This document shows positions 15,280 through 20,614 of a stretch of DNA of 20,614 nt, piece after piece. Within the stretch, counting starts at the first letter, position 1. Every line of letters begins with the position of its first letter. Below the pieces are notes generated by a model. The model saw only the letters and a program-made list of their open reading frames with translations, was not told the origin of the DNA and did not search any database. Position numbers and translations under genes: made by a program. This stretch comes from an uncultured Gemmatimonadota bacterium (GTDB lineage: Bacteria > SM23-81), in the NCBI GenBank assembly GCA_964584035.1, contig CAZOYL010000031.1:1-20614 (forward strand), in the 5' to 3' direction.

Positions 15280-16338
15280 ATGATCGAATACATCGGCGCC
15301 ATCCACATCCACTCCGAATACTCAGATGGCACCAAATCCATTCCGGAGATCGCCCGGATCGCCGGGTCCGTCGGCCTCGACTTTTTGCTGTTCGCCGATC
15401 ATATGACCTTACAGCCCCTCGAGGATGGCCACGAGGGCTGGCACAACGAGATCCTGGTCCTGATCGGCTATGAGATCAACGATCGCGATGATCACAATCA
15501 CTACCTGGCCTTCGACGTGTCGGAGGTTCTGGACGAGAGCCTGTCCGCCCCGGAATACGTTCGGGAGATCCACCGCCGCGGGGGACTGGGGTTCATTGCT
15601 CATCCGCACGAGGTACGCCAGGCCTTCGACAAGTTTCCGCCCTACCCGTGGACGCACTGGGAGGCGGATGAGTTCGACGGCATCGAGATCTGGAACCACA
15701 TGTCGGAATGGATGGAGGGCCTCACCAAGGCCAACCGTCTGAAAATGATTTTGTCGCCGCGCAAACTGCTGAAAGGGCCTCCCCAGGCCACACTGGAAAA
15801 ATGGGACCGGATCAGCGCCCGCCGCCGGGTGACCGGCATCGGAGCCATCGACGTGCATGCCTATCCTTACCGCCTGGGGCCTTTTACCATCGTCATCTTT
15901 CCCTACAAGGTGCAGTTCAAGTCCATTCGTACCCATCTGCTCCTTGAGGAGCCGCTCGAGGGGAATCTGGAGAGCGACAGGACGGCCGTTTACAGGACGC
16001 TGCGCGCCGGTCGCGCGTTCGTATCAAATTATCGCTGGGGCGATGCCCGCGGTTTTCGTTTCTGGGCCCAGGGGGGGGATGTGACCGCGCAGATGGGAGA
16101 GTCTCTGCTGTGCACCCAGGGTGTGGATCTGCTGACCAGGACACCGGTCGATTGCCGTATCGTTCTCATTCGAGACGGCCGGGAGGCGGCTTCAGTCTTC
16201 GGACGTGAGCTTTTTCACCGGACCGATCTGCCTGGTGTCTACCGCATTGAGGCTCACCGGCGAGGGCGCGGATGGATCTACTCGAATCCCATCCAGCTGA
16301 TCCTGAAACAGGGTGACGGTTGGATAAAAAAGGCTTGA
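15280..16338 (+). CDS. PHP-domain metallohydrolase (CehA/McbA-like) with C-terminal beta domain
   Basis: HIHSEYSDG, ADH, GYE, HYL, AHP, IEIWN and DVH metal ligands; C-terminal YRIE...YSNPI. Confidence 0.8.
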   Translation: MIEYIGAIHIHSEYSDGTKSIPEIARIAGSVGLDFLLFADHMTLQPLEDGHEGWHNEILVLIGYEINDRDDHNHYLAFDVSEVLDESLSAPEYVREIHRRGGLGFIAHPHEVRQAFDKFPPYPWTHWEADEFDGIEIWNHMSEWMEGLTKANRLKMILSPRKLLKGPPQATLEKWDRISARRRVTGIGAIDVHAYPYRLGPFTIVIFPYKVQFKSIRTHLLLEEPLEGNLESDRTAVYRTLRAGRAFVSNYRWGDARGFRFWAQGGDVTAQMGESLLCTQGVDLLTRTPVDCRIVLIRDGREAASVFGRELFHRTDLPGVYRIEAHRRGRGWIYSNPIQLILKQGDGWIKKA

Positions 16339-16363
16339 CAAAATTCTGTTTTTCGTCTATAAT
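16335..16363 (+). promoter_or_regulatory. Perfect consensus sigma70 promoter for the tRNA operon
   Basis: TTGACA (16335-16340), 17 nt, TATAAT (16358-16363); the -35 box contains the PHP gene stop codon. Confidence 0.9.
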
Positions 16364-16389
16364 ACAGAGACAATAAAACGAAAAGACGA

Positions 16390-16465
16390 GCGGGAATAGC
16401 TCAGCTGGTAGAGCACCACCTTGCCAAGGTGGACGTCGCGGGTTCAAGTCCCGTTTCCCGCTCCA
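16390..16465 (+). tRNA. tRNA-Gly (GCC)
   Basis: 76 nt; acceptor GCGGGAA/TTCCCGC; D-arm AGCTCAGCTGGTAGAGC; anticodon arm CACC-TTGCCAA-GGTG; T-loop GGTTCAAGTCC; encoded CCA. Confidence 0.97.
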
Positions 16466-16472
16466 TTTTTTT

Positions 16473-16544
16473 GGCGGCATAGCCAAGAGGCTAAGGCAGA
16501 GGTCTGCAAAACCTCCATCCCCGGTTCGAATCCGGGTGCCGCCT
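16473..16544 (+). tRNA. tRNA-Cys (GCA), CCA not encoded
   Basis: Acceptor GGCGGCA/TGCCGCC plus discriminator T; anticodon loop CTGCAAA; T-arm CCCGG-TTCGAAT-CCGGG. Confidence 0.95.
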
Positions 16545-16729
16545 CTTTTTTTTGTGGTGAGTGCTTGGTGCTGCGCGAAAACATCGGGGTTCGAGATCCC
16601 CACAGCCTGGACTCAACCCCGCGATTCGGGGGCAACCAACTGATTTCTGCCTTCCTCTTTCTATCTTCCTCTTTTTTCCCTTCCTCTTCCTGACTGTTGC
16701 GCATCGCCCGGAGGTCCTGTTTTTTCTCC

Positions 16730-16758
16730 TTGATTTTTACTTCACCAGATTATATGAT
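16730..16758 (+). promoter_or_regulatory. Probable sigma70 promoter for the two-component operon
   Basis: TTGATT-17 nt-TATGAT, about 50 nt before the kinase ATG. Confidence 0.55.
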
Positions 16759-16809
16759 TAGGGCAGAATGATCGCCTGTCGGACATAGATATCCTGTCAG
16801 TGAGCGGAT

Positions 16810-18573
16810 ATGAAGACATCCCCATCCTCATCAAACAGGAAAAGAACCACGGGACGGAAGACCGTCAAGGATTTTCAAAACCTGTCCCGTCATATTCTCC
16901 GCAGGGCCAATAGAAACGCATCTCAGGCCGATTTTCTCAGGGAGGTTTCCGAGATGCTGTTGAAATTTGCCAGCTGCGACGCCCTGGAGCTATGGCTCAA
17001 GGAGGAGGAGGGCTATTTTCGCTGTCGCACCGTGCTTTGTCTTGCCGGGTGCTTTCACTTTCAGGTTCTTCCCAGACTGAGAAGTGGGCAGCTCGACAAT
17101 GTTCAGAAGTCAGCGTTAGAGGCTAAATTGGCCCGGATCAGCATGGATCTCATTCATCGACGATACGACACAGATTCACCCAATATGACCCCTCAGGGAA
17201 GTTTTTATTCAGGGAACGTACAGGTCGATCTTTTTTTAGACCCCTCGCCGCCTCCTTCATCAGGTGCCAAAACATCCAGTGAAGATTCCAATTATCAATC
17301 GGTTGCCATAATTCCCCTGCAGCTCAGCCAGCTGAATATTGGCATCATGTGGATCAAAAGCCGGCGGCCGGATGTTTTTCATCGCGGAGAAATCGAGATG
17401 TATGAGGACATCGTAGAAGTTCTGGCCGTGACCCTGATCAACCAACGGGCGAGAGCAGCCTGCCGTGAAAGGGTCAAGGAATTAACATGCCTGTATGGTA
17501 TCGCCAAAGCTGCCGAGCAGCCGGGGAATTCCCTGGAACAGTTGCTGAGGAGTATCACCGATCAGCTTCCACCGGCCTGGCAATATCCGGAGCAGGCTTC
17601 CGCCAGAATCGTGATCGATGGCCGTTCCTTTGAGACGCCAAAGTTCTGGGATGGACAGCAAAAACAATCGGCCGAAATTATCGTCAATGAGAAACATCGT
17701 GGTATCGTGGAGGTCGTTTATGCAGGAAACCAGCCGGAATTAGATGAAGGTCCGTTTCTGAAAGAAGAACGGACTCTGCTGGATAGCGTCGCTCGCCAGG
17801 TGGCCATGATCTTAGAGCAGCGGGAAGCCGAGGAACAGCGGGAGATGCTGGAAGATCAATTGCGCCATGCGGATCGGCTTGCCACTATCGGACAGTTAGC
17901 GGCCGGAGTGGCTCATGAGTTGAACGAGCCTCTGGGCAGCATTCTGGGATTCGCGCAATTGACCCAGAAGGATTCTCAATTAAGCGCACAAACACGTGAG
18001 GATATCAAAAAAATTGTCGGCGCCTCTCTTTATGCGCGTGAGATTGTGAATAAGCTCAAATTGTTCGCCCGTCAGACGCCGCCTCAGAAGGCCCTCCTGG
18101 ATCTCAATGAGCTTGTAAAAGAGGGACTGATTTTCTTGAGCTCACGTTGCGCCAAAGCGGACATCGAGATGGTTCGCCATCTGGATCCCAATCTTCCCGC
18201 TATCGTCGCCGATAAAGGACAGATTCATCAAGTGCTGGTCAACTTGGTGGTCAATGCCATTCAGGCCATGCCGTCGGGCGGTCGGCTGACCATCAGCACC
18301 CGCTCTGGGGAGGATGTCGTCGAGCTGACCGTGGAGGATAATGGAGTGGGAATGGATACGGAAGTGAGAAAGAAGATCTTCATTCCTTTCTTTACCACCA
18401 AGGAGGTCAGCGAGGGGACCGGCCTGGGCCTGGCGGTGGTCGATGGCATCATCAGTTCGCATAACGGAAGCATCAGCGTGGAGAGTGTGCTGGGGCAGGG
18501 GAGCAGGTTTTCCATCCGGCTGCCGTTGGGGACTATGGATGCGACGGAGGAGATTAAATCACATGTCACCTGA
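16810..18573 (+). CDS. Soluble sensor histidine kinase (GAF-like input domains, HisKA, HATPase_c; NtrB type)
   Basis: H-box LAAGVAHELNEPL, N-box QVLVNLVVNAIQA, DNGVG, FIPFFTTK, GTGLGL; no hydrophobic TM segment; GAF-like YQSVAIIPL...GIM. Confidence 0.92.
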   Translation: MKTSPSSSNRKRTTGRKTVKDFQNLSRHILRRANRNASQADFLREVSEMLLKFASCDALELWLKEEEGYFRCRTVLCLAGCFHFQVLPRLRSGQLDNVQKSALEAKLARISMDLIHRRYDTDSPNMTPQGSFYSGNVQVDLFLDPSPPPSSGAKTSSEDSNYQSVAIIPLQLSQLNIGIMWIKSRRPDVFHRGEIEMYEDIVEVLAVTLINQRARAACRERVKELTCLYGIAKAAEQPGNSLEQLLRSITDQLPPAWQYPEQASARIVIDGRSFETPKFWDGQQKQSAEIIVNEKHRGIVEVVYAGNQPELDEGPFLKEERTLLDSVARQVAMILEQREAEEQREMLEDQLRHADRLATIGQLAAGVAHELNEPLGSILGFAQLTQKDSQLSAQTREDIKKIVGASLYAREIVNKLKLFARQTPPQKALLDLNELVKEGLIFLSSRCAKADIEMVRHLDPNLPAIVADKGQIHQVLVNLVVNAIQAMPSGGRLTISTRSGEDVVELTVEDNGVGMDTEVRKKIFIPFFTTKEVSEGTGLGLAVVDGIISSHNGSISVESVLGQGSRFSIRLPLGTMDATEEIKSHVT

Positions 18574-19954
18574 CAAGAACTCGCCGAACAAGAATTCATC
18601 TAAAAACATATCGTCTAAAAAGTTATCCTCAAGCATTCTTGTCGTCGACGATGCGCCCGATACCTTGGAGATGATACAGCGAAATCTTGCCGCCGGGGGA
18701 TACCGAGTCTATACGGCCCCGGGGGTTATGGAGGCGATTCGTCTGCTGGACCAAAGCCCGGTCGATCTGGTCATTACAGACTTAAAGATGCCAAAAATCA
18801 GCGGCATGGAGCTGGTCAAACATGTTCGTGAGAATTTGACGGATACCGAAGTGATCATGGTGACCGGGTATGCCACAGTCGAGGGTGCCGTTGAGGCCGT
18901 AAAAACCGGTGCCGAGGAATATATCAGTAAGCCCTTCACCGATGAAGAACTGTTGCAGGCGGTGAAACGCGTGTTGGACAAGCAGCGGATCCGTCGCACT
19001 CAACAATCGAGTCCCGAGAAACCGGCTCCGGCATACGGCCTCATCGGCCAATCCAAGGCCATGGAAAAGGTATACGATGCTATCTCCAAGGCTGCTTCGA
19101 CTCCGGCGACCATTCTTATTACCGGTGAGAGCGGCACCGGAAAGGAACTGGTGGCTCGGGCCATTCATTACAGCAGCCATCGCTCATCGGCCCCTTTTGT
19201 GCCCATCAACTGTGGTGCCATTCCTCGGGAGCTGTTTGAAAGCGAGCTGTTCGGCCATGTCAAGGGTGCTTTTACAGGCGCCAGCGATTCTCGGGCCGGA
19301 TTCTTCCAGACGGCCGACGGGGGCACCATCTTTCTGGACGAGATCGGAGAGATGAGCCTGGCATTCCAGGTGAAATTATTGCGTGTCCTCCAGGACAAAG
19401 AGGTCGTCATGGTGGGAAGCACTCGACCCCGTAAAGTGGATGTTCGCATCCTCGCGGCCACCAATATGGGTCTGCCCAGTCTGGTGAAAAAGGGGGCCTT
19501 TCGCGAAGATCTTTTTTTTCGTATCTCCGTCATCACGGTGGAAGTGCCGCCCCTGAGAGAGAGGGGAGATGATATTCTCCTGTTGGTCCAGTATTTCACA
19601 CAGAAATATGCCCGGGAATCCGATCGCTCGGTGCCGAGGTTTTCCGATGACGCTTTGCAGGCGATGAAGAGCTACAGTTGGCCGGGCAATGTCCGGGAGC
19701 TGGAAAATGTCATCCAGCGGGCCATCGTCATGACCGATGGGAACATCATCGATGTGCCCGATCTGCCCGCCAATATGCGGTTCACGGCGCCTCACGAGAA
19801 GGGGCTCCATCGCACCCTGGCCGAGGTCGAGGCCGAGCATATTCGTAACGTGCTGGCCAGCGTCAACGACAATAAAACTCGCGCTGCCGAAATTGTGGGA
19901 ATCGACCGCAAAACTCTGCGTGAGAAACTGAAAGCGAATCCCGCCACGCCCTGA
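18563..19954 (+). CDS. sigma54-dependent response regulator (REC, AAA+, Fis HTH; NtrC family)
   Basis: ATG 18563 with GGAGGAG RBS; VVDD, DLVITDLKMP (phosphoacceptor Asp), KPF; GESGTGKE, ESELFGH, GAFTGA, FLDEIGE, WPGNVRELEN; HTH NKTRAAEIVGIDRKTL. Confidence 0.95.
   Translation: MSPDKNSPNKNSSKNISSKKLSSSILVVDDAPDTLEMIQRNLAAGGYRVYTAPGVMEAIRLLDQSPVDLVITDLKMPKISGMELVKHVRENLTDTEVIMVTGYATVEGAVEAVKTGAEEYISKPFTDEELLQAVKRVLDKQRIRRTQQSSPEKPAPAYGLIGQSKAMEKVYDAISKAASTPATILITGESGTGKELVARAIHYSSHRSSAPFVPINCGAIPRELFESELFGHVKGAFTGASDSRAGFFQTADGGTIFLDEIGEMSLAFQVKLLRVLQDKEVVMVGSTRPRKVDVRILAATNMGLPSLVKKGAFREDLFFRISVITVEVPPLRERGDDILLLVQYFTQKYARESDRSVPRFSDDALQAMKSYSWPGNVRELENVIQRAIVMTDGNIIDVPDLPANMRFTAPHEKGLHRTLAEVEAEHIRNVLASVNDNKTRAAEIVGIDRKTLREKLKANPATP
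18566..18625 (+). repeat. Degenerate 15-nt tandem repeats (4 units) in the response regulator N-terminus
   Basis: tcacctgacaagaac / tcgccgaacaagaat / tcatctaaaaacata / tcgtctaaaaagtta, encoding SPDKN SPNKN SSKNI SSKKL. Confidence 0.6.
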
Positions 19955-20087
19955 CGTGAATGATACTCACTCCGAGGAAATTCTCCCCACCGGTTCAAAT
20001 ATCCCCGCCTGAATCCACCGTTTTCAGACCGCATTCCTCGATCTGTACGATCCCCCAAAGAAATATCATGGCATCCCTCCATCTCGC

Positions 20088-20100
20088 TAACTAATTGTTT
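20088..20100 (-). promoter_or_regulatory. Putative IHF binding site
   Basis: Minus strand AAACAATTAGTTA, one mismatch to WATCAANNNNTTR, in an AT-rich patch upstream of the sigma54 promoter. Confidence 0.45.
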
Positions 20101-20173
20101 ATAAAGGTATTATAATTCAGAAAGAATTCCTCGGGAATTTATCTTTCGAGGATATCCTGTGGTGAAATGACGT

Positions 20174-20188
20174 TGGCACAGGCTTTGC
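20174..20188 (+). promoter_or_regulatory. sigma54 (-24/-12) promoter
   Basis: TGGCAC-AGGCT-TTGC matches the TGGCAC-N5-TTGC consensus; lies directly downstream of an NtrC-family activator gene. Confidence 0.88.
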
Positions 20189-20316
20189 CTCTTGCCGTCG
20201 TAGGTGGGGGAAAGAAGAGAATCATGGAGACGATGGCGCAGGTTCCGGAAGGGTCACCAACGGCTGCCATCGTTCAACAGCAAACCAGGATCGTTTCAAA
20301 GAAAGGAGAGTCGAAG

Positions 20317-20614
20317 ATGAAGACCATGACACGGAACGCCACGGCTGTTCAACCGAAGTCTGAAGAGATCGTGACAACTGAGAGAGATATGAAGGAGACC
20401 AGCCCCACCGTGCTGGAGCAAGCAGAGACGCCTGCCACGGAAACCGCTGCTCCGGAATCCCAAGAGAGTTCCCCAAAGGCCGATCGGGAGCTGATCGTGA
20501 GCAAAGGTCTTTGCGCCACCTGTAATGAGGTCTCTGATTGCGTGTATGCCCGGCAGGCAGCAGCTCCCATTCTTTTCTGTGAGATGTTCGACGATCGCCA
20601 GGCGGGAGGTCCGT
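20317..20614 (+). CDS. Cys-motif hypothetical protein, 3'-truncated by the window edge (absent from the ORF track)
   Basis: AAGGAGAG RBS then ATG 20317 (in-frame ATG also at 20224); open to the end: MKTMTRNATAVQPKSEE...SKGLCATCNEVSDCVYARQAAAPILFCEMFDDRQAGGP. Confidence 0.75.
   Translation, partial: MKTMTRNATAVQPKSEEIVTTERDMKETSPTVLEQAETPATETAAPESQESSPKADRELIVSKGLCATCNEVSDCVYARQAAAPILFCEMFDDRQAGGP

Noticed and set aside
16565..16639. Integron attC site, SRP RNA or an intact third tRNA
   Set aside because: No RYYYAAC...GTTRRRY ends, no SRP GGAA-tetraloop domain, and no full cloverleaf. Kept only as an unexplained hairpin.
16166..16761. Small ORFs spanning the tRNA region
   Set aside because: They overlap the tRNA genes and the pyrimidine tract and give low-complexity translations.
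20093..20120. dif-like site (TTTATAA-AGGTA-TTATAAT)
   Set aside because: Spacer is 5 bp rather than 6 and the XerD arm (TTATGTTAAAT) does not match; better explained as the AT-rich tract beside the IHF site.
1..20614. CRISPR array, IS/transposase, selenocysteine recoding or programmed frameshift
   Set aside because: No regularly spaced repeats, transposase motifs, in-frame TGA within conserved domains or split genes were seen.

Overview
GC-rich bacterial chromosomal segment, probably from an anaerobe (it carries a ferredoxin oxidoreductase); taxonomy cannot be established from sequence alone. In order: (1) the end of a 2-oxoacid:ferredoxin oxidoreductase operon (5'-truncated alpha, complete beta) closed by a bidirectional terminator; (2) a minus-strand accessory block: secreted SH3-domain protein, M48 metalloprotease lipoprotein, CHASE2-domain class III adenylyl cyclase, and an uncharacterised protein that looks like a catalytically dead papain/C39-like fold; (3) rqcH (NFACT) transcribed divergently from a housekeeping run yicC-gmk-rpoZ-topA-trmFO-xerC-PHP hydrolase; (4) a perfect sigma70 promoter driving tRNA-Gly(GCC) and tRNA-Cys(GCA), followed by an unexplained long hairpin; (5) a soluble histidine kinase and NtrC-family activator, followed by a sigma54 promoter with candidate enhancer and IHF sites, driving a Cys-motif ORF that is absent from the ORF track and runs off the window. 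The best candidates for an undescribed system are the SH3/M48/CHASE2-cyclase envelope-to-cAMP module and the sigma54-controlled Cys-motif locus. No CRISPR array, transposase or phage genes were seen.
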